Assembly: GCA_041659005.1 (NCBI GenBank)
Contig: JBAZZD010000004.1
Span: forward strand, 1-52,369
Reading direction: 5' to 3'
DNA: 52,369 nt
DNA from: Minisyncoccota bacterium
GTDB lineage: Bacteria > Patescibacteriota > Minisyncoccia > UBA6257 > GWB1-50-10
The notes beneath the pieces are model-generated. The model ran no database searches. It was not told where the DNA came from and saw only the letters and a list, made by a program, of their open reading frames with translations. The position numbers were made by a program, and so were the translations under genes. Shown here piece after piece: positions 45,301-52,369 of the stretch (position 1 is the stretch's first letter; every line of letters starts with the position of its first letter).

Positions 45301-45503
45301 GCCTCAACACCAAGAATTGGTTTTATTCCAGCTTTTTTTGCCTTCTTATAGAATTCAACTGCTCCATATAGATTTCCATGATCAGTGAGCGCAAGAGAAT
45401 CCATTTCTAATTCTTTTGCGCGCTTGATGAGGTCATCAATTTTTGCAAGTCCATCAAGCAATGAGTAGTGACTATGTACGTGTAGGTGAGTGAACTTGCT
45501 CAT
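42309..45503 (-). CDS. dnaE: DNA polymerase III alpha subunit DnaE
   Basis: PHP domain (FTHLHVHSHYSLLDG), polymerase core and OB-fold. The ATG at 45503 gives the canonical N-terminus. The tracked ORF extends to 45596. Confidence 0.95.
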   Translation of the reverse strand: MSKFTHLHVHSHYSLLDGLAKIDDLIKRAKELEMDSLALTDHGNLYGAVEFYKKAKKAGIKPILGVEAYLAPHSRFDKRPKVDDTRFHLTLLAKNEIGWKNILKLVTQSNLEGFYYKPRIDKEILKEYREGLICLSGCYGGEIAYYIKHRQNVEARAAAVWYKETFGENFYLEVQKHSPDLHAPLIALGKELGINLVATQDVHYAHKDDKTAHEILLAVQTSSKLDDEDRLTLKDYDISLSSSEEMETVFKHIPEAIENTAVIAEQCNVTLELGKVLLPKFAPPDPSLSAFEYLKQLVIERVHSRFPTVTPEIQARIDMELSVIERTGYADYFLIVQDYINWAKDHGIVVGPGRGSAAGSIVTFILRITNIDPLKYDLLFERFLNPDRIQMPDIDTDFTDIRRDEVLSYVREVYGNDKVAQIITFGSMAARAAIRDTGRATGVPYAVCDELSKMIPFNPTQGMKEGWIDECLKMVPEFKAKYDNDAQAKKLIDSAKKLEGVARHASVHACGVVIAPEPLTNYMSLQKAPQGEDAIITQFEMHAVEDIGILKMDFLGLKNLTIIEKTLRLIRENHGVDIDIDALPLDSDKAFELFRIGDTTGVFQFESSGMKRYLKELKPTELEDIIAMVALYRPGPIDLIPSYILRKHGKEDVTYLHPKLEPILGKTYGVGIYQEQMMRIARDLAGFTLAEADTLRKAIGKKIKELLAEQKGKLIDGMIKNGISKETAKAIWELFPPFARYGFNRSHAACYALIAYQTAYLKAHYPLEFTASLLNVSGTDVERITFLVSEMKHLGINVLPPDINTSVKEFAADGKDIRFGLNAIKGVGVGVVDAIIESRNKLGPFLNFTEFLNRIHHRDLNKKSIEAFAKAGAFDSLGISRADLLESIDDIIEFNQGIRKSASLNQSSLFGRESHVHQCKLRTAKTQIPKSEILKWEKELLGLYISDHPFSPYTNLLKGKIPPLKEILKIPKDGERSQKMWVAGIVATIQKYVTKKKTTMYFVALEDLTDKIELLVFEEVIKNKPDLWVEGRAIAAGGRISWKNDETKFIVDEARGLPTSRAES

Positions 45504-45619
45504 ACGGATATTTATTCTCTTCATTGTAATTTTTTTATTATGCAATGCAATGTTGCAGATGAAGAATAAATTGTTGTGTAGTATGGGTTTTTTCATACAT
45601 TTTTGTTGTGAGAAATCAA

Positions 45620-45656
45620 ATTATCCCACACCTTTTAATAAAAGGTGTGGGATAAT
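45620..45656. promoter_or_regulatory. Perfect 17-bp palindrome containing back-to-back extended -10 elements (dnaE / rnhB divergent promoters)
   Basis: ATTATCCCACACCTTTT-aat-AAAAGGTGTGGGATAAT. Each arm reads TGgGATAAT toward its gene. The arm also resembles a DnaA box with one extra C (TTATCCCACA against TTATCCACA). Confidence 0.5.
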
Positions 45657-45668
45657 ATACTTTTGAGT

Positions 45669-46310
45669 ATGAATTGTGTCGATTTTCATATTGGTGTTGA
45701 CGAAATGGGGCGAGGACCGCTTGCGGGAGCACTTTATGTATGCGCGTGTGGAATAGTTGATTTAAAAAATCTTCCAAAATCAACAAGAGCACTTCCTATA
45801 AGAGATTCAAAGAAACTTTCAGAGAAACGCAGAAAAGAGTGGTGGAAAATTTTGGATACAAAGAAAAGAAAAAAAGAAGTATATCTTGAATATTCAGCGA
45901 TTTCAGTAAAAACAATTGATTCAAAAGGAGTTTCGTATTCTACAAAAACTGGCGCAACACAATCAGTAAAAAAAGTGCTTAAAAAAGCAAAATTATCTTC
46001 TGGGGTTATATATATTCAACTTGATGGCAGTTTATTTGTTGATGTTGCAGAATTACAAAAATCATTTCCAAGATGCACATTTAAAACACAAACAATCATA
46101 AAAGGGGATGAGTCGGTGAAAATTATTAGTTTTGCATCAATTTATGGAAAGGTGATGCGAGATCGGTATATGGTGAAATTAGACAAGGAATATCCTCAAT
46201 ATGGATTTAAGAAGCATAAAGGATATGGAACGAGACAGCATATTAAGGCGTTAAAAAAACACGGAATGTCATCTTTGCATAGAAGATCATTTTTAGGGAG
46301 AATTATGTAA
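45669..46310 (+). CDS. rnhB: Ribonuclease HII
   Basis: GVDEMGRGPLAG (DEXGRG motif) and GDESVK... The ATG at 45669 is preferred over the GTG at 45645, which lies inside the palindrome. Confidence 0.9.
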   Translation: MNCVDFHIGVDEMGRGPLAGALYVCACGIVDLKNLPKSTRALPIRDSKKLSEKRRKEWWKILDTKKRKKEVYLEYSAISVKTIDSKGVSYSTKTGATQSVKKVLKKAKLSSGVIYIQLDGSLFVDVAELQKSFPRCTFKTQTIIKGDESVKIISFASIYGKVMRDRYMVKLDKEYPQYGFKKHKGYGTRQHIKALKKHGMSSLHRRSFLGRIM

Positions 46311-46324
46311 TAGGTTTTTGGTAT

Positions 46325-46352
46325 TTGACAAATATTATATATGTGCTATAAT
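46325..46352 (+). promoter_or_regulatory. Consensus promoter upstream of the rpmF leader/sRNA
   Basis: TTGACA-N16-TATAAT. Confidence 0.65.
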
Positions 46353-46358
46353 GAAGAC

Positions 46359-46548
46359 ACTTGAATATCGCCTAACGGGTATCAAGTGTGATTAAAGAAC
46401 AGCTAGGTCGCTCTTAAAGACGTTTCTCGGTCTGAGAGCGAACGACAGGGATATCCTTCTGGTGTCGCTCACACTTTAAGGAGATATATTTTTGAGCAAC
46501 ATATACATGTTGGGCCAAAGGAAACTGCGGCCCTTTATTTTTTTTATT
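46359..46548 (+). ncRNA. Candidate structured RNA (about 190 nt): either a cis-regulatory leader of rpmF or an independent sRNA
   Basis: Lies between a consensus promoter and a GGGCC...GGCCC plus T-run terminator. Hairpins ACACTTGAATA...TATCAAGTGT, CGCTCT..AGAC...GTCT.AGAGCG, CGACA...TGTCG and CAACAT-atac-ATGTTG. An alternative pairing AGTGTGA/TCACACT is possible. Confidence 0.4.
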
Positions 46549-46569
46549 TTTAGTGTATACTATTTTTAT

Positions 46570-46746
46570 ATGTCACGGTTAAGTCATCATTCAACATCAA
46601 AAGTAGGACGCAGGCGTTCACAGCTCGCACTCAAGAAGTCACCAGTAGTTGTATGCAAAAAATGCGGAGGTGCTTCGTATGCACACAAGAGTTGCCCACA
46701 GTGTGGTTCTTATGATAAACAGGCAAAGAAAAAATCAGCAAAATAA
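46570..46746 (+). CDS. rpmF: 50S ribosomal protein L32 (zinc-ribbon form)
   Basis: 58 aa. SKVGRRRSQ motif. CKKCGG...CPQCG cysteine pairs. Confidence 0.9.
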   Translation: MSRLSHHSTSKVGRRRSQLALKKSPVVVCKKCGGASYAHKSCPQCGSYDKQAKKKSAK

Positions 46747-46800
46747 CGCTGATTCTATGTTATTTTAGTTAAGCTTGGTTCTTTTTCCTTAGTACATTAT

Positions 46801-47283
46801 ATGGCAACAAGACATCTTATCAGAACTATCGTGCTACAGTCGCTCTACGAGTGGGATTTTTATAAAAAAAATGCCGACTTATCGCAGGTAATAACTCGAA
46901 ATATTGATGAATTTGGTCCCGGTATTGATGAGCCACAATTCGTAATTGATATGGTTACTGGAATTGTAGAGCATCTTGTGGAGCTTGATGCGACCATCAC
47001 TCGCGTTGCACCAGAGTGGCCGGTTGAGCAGATTGCTATTATTGATAGAAATGTGCTCAGGATTGGATTATATGAACTTATGTTTGCTGATCATGAAGAG
47101 GTTCCTCCCCGTGTTGCAATTAATGAGGCAATTGAAGTTGCAAAAGCATATGGTGGGGTGAATTCTCCAAAATTTATTAATGGAGTATTGGGAACGGTAT
47201 ATAAAGAGCTTATTGAATCAGGAAAGTTGGTTGATGTTCCAAAACCAGAAAAAACAGAAGAAGAAAAAGAAGAAAAGAATTGA
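46801..47283 (+). CDS. nusB: Transcription antitermination factor NusB
   Basis: RHLIRTIVLQSLYEWDF and IDRNVLRIGLYEL motifs, plus an acidic C-terminal tail. Confidence 0.9.
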   Translation: MATRHLIRTIVLQSLYEWDFYKKNADLSQVITRNIDEFGPGIDEPQFVIDMVTGIVEHLVELDATITRVAPEWPVEQIAIIDRNVLRIGLYELMFADHEEVPPRVAINEAIEVAKAYGGVNSPKFINGVLGTVYKELIESGKLVDVPKPEKTEEEKEEKN

Positions 47284-47305
47284 ATGATATTTTGCAGCCC
47301 AAAGT

Positions 47306-47998
47306 ATGAAGGATTCAAAACAATTTGAAGAAAAGTTAGGAGTATATTTTAAAAATAGCGACACGCTCAAAGAAGCGCTTACTCATCGTTCTTATTTAAA
47401 TGAAAATCCGGAGTGGACACTTCCACAAAACGAACGATTAGAATTTTTGGGAGATGCGGTATTAGAACTCATTGTTACACGATTTTTATACGAAAAATTT
47501 CCTGATTTTCAGGAGGGGCATTTAACGAGTTTGCGTGCAGCGCTCGTAAATTACCAAATACTTGGAAGAATAGCGAAAGAAATGTCGCTTGATAAATTTT
47601 TATTTCTTTCAAAGGGTGAGGCGCGTGATTTTGGAAAGGCGCGAGAAGTTATTCTTGCAAATGCAATTGAAGCATTATTTGGAGCAATCTATCTTGATCA
47701 AGGATATGATGCGACAAAGACAGTTGTGGAGCAGTGGGTGCTTCCGCATCTTGACGAGATTATTGAAAAAAAGTTATATCGTGATCCAAAAAGTGAGTTA
47801 CAAGAGTTAGTTCAGGAGCGCGATCGTATTACGCCGGTATATAAGGTCTTAAGTGAAGAGGGTCCTGATCACGCAAAAGTGTTTAAGGTTGGAGTATTTA
47901 TTGGTCATACAATGACAGCCGAGGCGGAAGGAACATCAAAACAGGAAGCAGAAGTAAATGCAGCGTTAAAGGCACTTGAAGCATTTGGAGAAAAATAA
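47306..47998 (+). CDS. rnc: Ribonuclease III
   Basis: Signature NERLEFLGDAVLEL, plus a C-terminal dsRBD (PDHAKVFKVGV...GTSKQEAEVNAA). Confidence 0.93.
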   Translation: MKDSKQFEEKLGVYFKNSDTLKEALTHRSYLNENPEWTLPQNERLEFLGDAVLELIVTRFLYEKFPDFQEGHLTSLRAALVNYQILGRIAKEMSLDKFLFLSKGEARDFGKAREVILANAIEALFGAIYLDQGYDATKTVVEQWVLPHLDEIIEKKLYRDPKSELQELVQERDRITPVYKVLSEEGPDHAKVFKVGVFIGHTMTAEAEGTSKQEAEVNAALKALEAFGEK

Positions 47999-48001
47999 CA
48001 C

Positions 48002-50173
48002 ATGCACCACTCTACATTTTTACGGAGATTAGAACTTCAAGGGTTTAAGTCATTTGCACAGAAAACGGTGTTTGAATTTCCTGATAGGGTAACAGCGGTG
48101 GTTGGCCCAAATGGTTCCGGAAAATCAAATATCATTGATGCATTGCGTTGGGTATTAGGAGAACGTGAAGCAAAACAACTTCGAGGGGATTCTCTTGCAA
48201 ACCTTATATTTGCAGGAACTCCAAAGCGTCCCGCAGTTGGTTTTGCGAAAGTTTCTCTTGTTTTTGATAATAGTGAAAAATTGTTTCCTCTTGACGCACC
48301 CGAAGTCATTGTTTCGCGGAAAATAGATCGAACAGGCGCATCGGAATTTTCCCTTAATGATTCTGAGATGCGACTTAAGGATTTACAACCAATTTTGGCA
48401 CGTGCGAAATTAGGAGCTCGTGGACTTACGATGATTGGACAGGGGCAGAGTGATTTATTTGTACGCTCAACTCCTGAAGAGAGACGGGGAATGATTGAAG
48501 AAATTTTAGGACTTCGCGAATTCAGATTAAAAAAGAACCAATCGGAACGACAACTTACGAATAGTGAAATAAATATGGAGAAGGTTCGCGCAATGATTGA
48601 TGAAATTACCCCACATTTGAAATTGTTACGTCGGCAGAAGTTGCGGTTTGAACGAAGAACAGAAGTTGAAAAAGAGTTGAAGACGTTTGAATCTGCATAT
48701 TTTTCACACCGATATCATGCGATTTTGCATGATATGAAAACTACTCGTGCTCCTGTTGCACGGATTGAAGAAGAAAAGGGCACAAAAGAAAAAGACGTTT
48801 TTCTTGCAGAGCAAGAGGTAAAAATGGTTGGACAAAAAGATGAAGGGATTGAAAAAGGAAAACAGCTTCGCGATGCATTAAACGAGTTATTTAAGAAGCG
48901 CGCAGAACTTGAGCGGGTGTTTGCAAAGGCAGAGGCGAGAATTGAAATGGAATCAGTTCCTGTTACACAAGCAGAAAAAAGTGCGGCAGATATGCATGCA
49001 TTTTTGGGAACGATAAAAGAGGAAATCGCAGTTATGGTGGATTGGCATGAAATTGAGAAAATAAAAATTTCACTTCAATCAATTACCGAACGAATTAGCA
49101 AATTTTTTGACCGCGATGTTCGCCATCGTGACATATCGGACTTAAAACAAGAAATTGAACGAATAAAAAAAGATTTGGAAGCTGTTAGAAAAGAAATCGA
49201 TATAATGCGTACTGCAGAAGAAGAGCTTGCCGAATCAGGAAGACGTGCAAATCAAGAATTTCGCGCAAAAGTTGAAGTGTTGGAAAATAAAAAGAATGAA
49301 CTTCGCAAACTTGATCAAGAACTTGTTAATCTCCGGTTTGACTATGAACGTGTGGTGATGAGAAGAGAAGAGTTAGAGCGTGAATGGATGGCACTCGGGA
49401 ACACAAAAGAGGAGTTGGATGAAATCCCTGAGATGCGGGATGTCATTGCGTCAAGTGATCTTGAACGAAAAATGATTCGGATGCGTGGCGAGCTCGCCTC
49501 AATTGGAGAAATTGATAGCAACCTTATGAAGGAAGCAGAGGATACTGAGGTGCGATATGCATTTTTAACAAAAGAGCTTGGGGATCTAACGCAGGCAATT
49601 GTTGATTTGAGGGCTCTCATTAAAGAACTTGAACATAAGATTCATGCTGATTTTAAAAATGCATTTTCTTCAATTAATGATGCATTTGACCATTATTTTA
49701 AACTCATGTTTGGAGGCGGAAAAGCAAAAATGAAACTAATAACGCCTGAAATTAAAGTACAGGACATAGTAGTTCAAGAAAGTGGGGAAGAAGTAATTGA
49801 AGAAAAGAAAGAAAAAGGATCTGAATTGCAGGCAGGTGTTGAAATTGAGATTTCCATTCCGCGAAAGAAAATAACAAGTTTAGAAATGCTTTCGGGTGGA
49901 GAAAAGAGTTTAGTTTCGCTTGCGGCACTCTTTGCACTTATTGCGGTGAGTCCGCCACCATTTTTAGTGCTTGATGAAATAGATGCTCCACTCGATGAGG
50001 AAAATGCACGACGGTTTTCTGATTTAGTAAAAGATTTTTCAAAGAGCAGCCAATTCGTGATTGTTACACACAATCGAGCTACTATGGAGGCGGCCGATGT
50101 GTTGTATGGGGTTACGATGGGAGATGATGGAGTTTCCACAATCCTTTCCTTGAAACTTGAAGGAATGAAATAA
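48002..50173 (+). CDS. smc: SMC-like chromosome partition ATPase, short form without a recognisable hinge
   Basis: N-terminal head (FKSF...GPNGSGKSNIIDALRWVLGE), C-terminal head (LSGGEKSLVSLAALFAL, LDEIDAPLDEEN, VTHN). Only 723 aa, and the middle is continuous coiled-coil-like sequence. Confidence 0.8.
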   Translation: MHHSTFLRRLELQGFKSFAQKTVFEFPDRVTAVVGPNGSGKSNIIDALRWVLGEREAKQLRGDSLANLIFAGTPKRPAVGFAKVSLVFDNSEKLFPLDAPEVIVSRKIDRTGASEFSLNDSEMRLKDLQPILARAKLGARGLTMIGQGQSDLFVRSTPEERRGMIEEILGLREFRLKKNQSERQLTNSEINMEKVRAMIDEITPHLKLLRRQKLRFERRTEVEKELKTFESAYFSHRYHAILHDMKTTRAPVARIEEEKGTKEKDVFLAEQEVKMVGQKDEGIEKGKQLRDALNELFKKRAELERVFAKAEARIEMESVPVTQAEKSAADMHAFLGTIKEEIAVMVDWHEIEKIKISLQSITERISKFFDRDVRHRDISDLKQEIERIKKDLEAVRKEIDIMRTAEEELAESGRRANQEFRAKVEVLENKKNELRKLDQELVNLRFDYERVVMRREELEREWMALGNTKEELDEIPEMRDVIASSDLERKMIRMRGELASIGEIDSNLMKEAEDTEVRYAFLTKELGDLTQAIVDLRALIKELEHKIHADFKNAFSSINDAFDHYFKLMFGGGKAKMKLITPEIKVQDIVVQESGEEVIEEKKEKGSELQAGVEIEISIPRKKITSLEMLSGGEKSLVSLAALFALIAVSPPPFLVLDEIDAPLDEENARRFSDLVKDFSKSSQFVIVTHNRATMEAADVLYGVTMGDDGVSTILSLKLEGMK

Positions 50174-50175
50174 CT

Positions 50176-50204
50176 TTGACACTTTGCACCAGATACGATA
50201 CACT
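50176..50204 (+). promoter_or_regulatory. Promoter of rpsP-khpA(-trmD)
   Basis: TTGACA-N17-TACACT. The -10 ends 12 nt before the rpsP ATG, so the 5' UTR is very short. Confidence 0.55.
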
Positions 50205-50216
50205 AATTTTGAAATT

Positions 50217-50501
50217 ATGTTGGCAATAAAGCTAAAAAGAATTGGAAAAAAAGGACAGGCGACCTATCGAATAGTGGTTGCAGAGAGGCGGTCAAAAATG
50301 ACTGGCAAGTTTACTGATGATTTGGGTTGGTGGAACCCACATCAAAATAAGAGTGTTATTGAAGGAGAAAAAGCGCTTAGTTGGATGAAAAAGGGATCAC
50401 AACCAACCGCAACAGTTCACAATATTTTAGTGAAGAAAGGAATTTTAAAAACTGAAAAGATTGAACTTCACAAGAAACCAGCGAAAAAGGAGAAAAAATA
50501 A
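50217..50501 (+). CDS. rpsP: 30S ribosomal protein S16
   Basis: MLAIKLKRIGKKGQATYRIVVAE is the canonical S16 N-terminus. The ATG at 50217 is preferred over the TTG at 50184. Confidence 0.93.
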   Translation: MLAIKLKRIGKKGQATYRIVVAERRSKMTGKFTDDLGWWNPHQNKSVIEGEKALSWMKKGSQPTATVHNILVKKGILKTEKIELHKKPAKKEKK

Positions 50502-50563
50502 TTGTATTATATTAAAAACAACGAAAGGTCGCATGATAAGATAATTGGTATTCAACGGGTTTT

Positions 50564-50848
50564 ATGATGTCAGATAAAGATTTTTTGGAATATGTAGTTA
50601 AATCAGTAGTTGAGCATCCTGATGAAGTAGTTATTGATCGCAAGGTTGATGAAATGGGCGTTCTCTTAACTTTAAAGGTGAGCGCACAGGACATGGGACA
50701 GATTGTGGGCCGCCAAGGTTCAACTGCCAAGGCAATCCGCACACTGCTTCGTATCGTTGGAATGAAAAACAATGCACGCGTCAATTTGAAAATTGATGAG
50801 CCTGAAGGCTCCACTCATGTTCCACGAACTAGCTCAGAACAAATTTAA
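50564..50848 (+). CDS. khpA: KH-domain RNA-binding protein (KhpA/YlqC family)
   Basis: LEYVVKSVVEHPDEV...GQIVGRQGSTAKAIRTLL (GxxG KH motif). Position after rpsP. Confidence 0.8.
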   Translation: MMSDKDFLEYVVKSVVEHPDEVVIDRKVDEMGVLLTLKVSAQDMGQIVGRQGSTAKAIRTLLRIVGMKNNARVNLKIDEPEGSTHVPRTSSEQI

Positions 50849-50850
50849 AA

Positions 50851-50880
50851 AAGACCCTGAAAATGGGTCTTTTTTATTTT
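50851..50880 (+). terminator. Rho-independent terminator after khpA
   Basis: Stem aagaccc/gggtctt followed by TTTTTATTTT. Confidence 0.75.
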
Positions 50881-50914
50881 TAATTTATAAGTAATAATTG
50901 AAGTGAACTTAGCT

Positions 50915-51619
50915 ATGAAAACGTTTTACATTATTTCGTTATTTCCTGAATCAGTTGAATCGTATATTAATGCTTCAATTATTGGACGTGCGCGCGAGAG
51001 AAAATTAATAAAAATTAACCCAGTGGCACTTCGTCAGTTTGGACTAGGGAAGCACAAGGTAACTGATGAGCCGCCATATGGGGGAGGGCCTGGTATGGTG
51101 CTTAAGGTAGAACCAATTTATAACGCAGTTAAAAAAGTTTTAGCAAAAATAAAAAAGGGGAAGACACGAACCACCCGTGGTGAACGAAGTCGAACCATTT
51201 TATTTTCAACACGAGGAAAAGTATTTACCAATACTGATGCAAAGCGACTCGCAAAATATGACAATATTATTTTTATTTGTGGGCGGTATGAGGGAGTAGA
51301 CGAGCGAGTTGCAAAATATATTGCGGATGAGGAGATTTCAATAGGGGATTTTGTGCTTTCTGGTGGTGAACTTCCCGCACTGGTTGTGCTTGATGCGGTT
51401 TCTCGTCAGATTCCAGGAGTGTTAGGAAAAATAGAATCACTTGAAGAAATAAAAGGATCATATCCGGCATATACAAAACCAGCAGAATTTATAATCACAG
51501 AGAAGGGGAAGAAAAAAAAGGTTTGGAAAGTTCCCGAAGTATTACAGTCAGGAAATCATAAGCTTATTGACGAGTGGAGATTGAAAGATCAAAAGTCAAA
51601 CTTCAAAAATCAAAATTGA
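50915..51619 (+). CDS. trmD: tRNA (guanine37-N1)-methyltransferase TrmD
   Basis: PYGGGPGMVL, ICGRYEGVDERV and GDFVLSGGELPA motifs. ATG 50915 is preferred over GTG 50903. Confidence 0.93.
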   Translation: MKTFYIISLFPESVESYINASIIGRARERKLIKINPVALRQFGLGKHKVTDEPPYGGGPGMVLKVEPIYNAVKKVLAKIKKGKTRTTRGERSRTILFSTRGKVFTNTDAKRLAKYDNIIFICGRYEGVDERVAKYIADEEISIGDFVLSGGELPALVVLDAVSRQIPGVLGKIESLEEIKGSYPAYTKPAEFIITEKGKKKKVWKVPEVLQSGNHKLIDEWRLKDQKSNFKNQN

Positions 51620-51637
51620 AACTCAAAAGTAAAAAAT

Positions 51638-51663
51638 AACAGCAGCCAATGGCTGCTGTTTAT
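51638..51663. terminator. Hairpin between convergent genes (possible bidirectional terminator)
   Basis: Stem aacagcagcc/ggctgctgtt with loop aat. The T-run is weak on the + strand. Confidence 0.5.
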
Positions 51664-51784
51664 ACTTATTTTTGATTTATATTTCTTTGTGGGAAATTTA
51701 TTTCCTCAAGAAATTCTTCTTCGATGTTTGTTTTTATCTTGAAGAAGTTTTTTATTTCATTACAAATTACATTTTTAATTGTTA

Positions 51785-52144
51785 TTACTTTCTAAAATGT
51801 CCGGGGATATAGGTAATTCGTGCATAAAAGTCAAAAAAATAATAATCAATTTTGCTATCTTGTTGCCGGGCAGCACGAATATTTAATTCATGCCGAATTG
51901 ATTCCTGAAATTTTTTCAACATTTCGTTATTCTCTTTCTTTGTTTTTGGTGTGTTGAAAATTGCCAAAACTATTTCTCGATTTTTCTCTCTTCCGTTGTG
52001 TGCGAGGTTTGCCCATATGTGACTTATGGCATCCTCAAAATTTTGTTTGAAATCTAGGCCAAAAATTCCAGCCCACTCATTATCTTTATTTAAAATGATA
52101 ATACGTGGGTTTTTGTCTGCAAAATCAACAAATTTAACTTCCAT
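51785..52144 (-). CDS. Hypothetical protein (119 aa from the internal ATG)
   Basis: ORF with no recognisable domain. Start chosen at MEVKFVDF (52144). The tracked ORF extends to 52192. Confidence 0.4.
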   Translation of the reverse strand: MEVKFVDFADKNPRIIILNKDNEWAGIFGLDFKQNFEDAISHIWANLAHNGREKNREIVLAIFNTPKTKKENNEMLKKFQESIRHELNIRAARQQDSKIDYYFFDFYARITYIPGHFRK

Positions 52145-52256
52145 GGTAATTTCCCTTTTTGTGAATGTTCTTGAAAACACTATACATGCCACATATGGAA
52201 TTTACAAGTCAAAAGATTTCATATATAGTAGTGAGGCCTAAAAAGGGCGAATTTTT

Positions 52257-52369
52257 ATGAGTAAAGAAAGAGAAATAACCAGTGAGTTGGTCGCGGAACT
52301 CGTTACCGCGGGTGTCCTCACGGGGCATAAGCGTTCAAAAACGCATCCTCGCATGAGACAACACATTGC
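52257..52369 (+). CDS. rpsB: 30S ribosomal protein S2 (5' partial, runs off the window)
   Basis: MSKEREITSELVAELVTAGVLTGHKRSKTHPRM matches the conserved S2 N-terminal pattern LLEAGVHFGHxxxxWNPKM. Confidence 0.75.
   Translation, partial: MSKEREITSELVAELVTAGVLTGHKRSKTHPRMRQHI

Noticed and set aside
46492-46569. TTG start at 46492 behind AAGGAG, giving L32 a 26-aa N-terminal extension (as in the ORF track)
   Set aside because: The extension would be translated through the terminator hairpin and its T-run. It is hydrophobic and has no counterpart in L32 proteins. The ATG at 46570 gives the canonical N-terminus. A regulatory role for this TTG is not excluded.

Overview
This is a 52.4-kb window from a low-GC, tightly packed bacterial genome. 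It is coded mostly on the + strand, apart from mntH and a minus-strand block at 37.6-45.6 kb. It uses the standard code: TGA, TAA and TAG all end well-conserved genes at the expected lengths.

Gene content is almost all housekeeping:
- proS, mreB-mreC-mreD-mrdA, greA, lysS, serS
- hrcA-grpE-dnaK-(membrane ORF)-dnaJ, rplJ-rplL, tRNA-Val
- mraZ-rsmH-ftsL-ftsI-murF, tRNA-Glu, dedA, gyrB, secE-nusG-rplK, gatB
- miaA, thrS and dnaE on the minus strand
- rnhB, rpmF, nusB, rnc, a short smc-like gene, rpsP-khpA-trmD, and the start of rpsB

Several traits are consistent with a Patescibacteria/CPR (Parcubacteria-like) organism, which is an inference rather than a search result. Proteins are short, most start codons lack a Shine-Dalgarno sequence, there is a type IV pilin-like gene, and rplK is not followed by rplA.

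Most notable observations:
1. A five-copy family of about 100-nt inverted-repeat elements (arms ATCCCGTTAGAA / TTCTAACGGGAT). Each one ends exactly at the ATG of the downstream gene (mreC, an ftsQ-like gene, grpE, ftsI, murF). One copy carries a GIY-YIG nuclease ORF. The short copies carry mini-ORFs that stop at TTC TAA, 4 nt before the ATG.
2. A small accessory locus at 9.8-10.65 kb with its own consensus promoter, a strong SD, an in-frame TAG and a strikingly A-depleted, GC-rich 3' segment.
3. A promoter-to-terminator structured RNA candidate upstream of rpmF.
4. A CIRCE operator with a consensus promoter embedded in it, and several apparently leaderless or near-leaderless promoters.
5. A 1-nt frameshift in an A5 run that splits a membrane glycosyltransferase/TPR gene.
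6. A perfect 17-bp palindrome that forms back-to-back divergent promoters between dnaE and rnhB.
7. An SMC-like protein with no recognisable hinge.

No CRISPR array, rRNA gene, transposase, integrase or recognisable defence system was seen. All motif coordinates were counted by hand and may be off by 1-2 nt. No database search or folding program was run.
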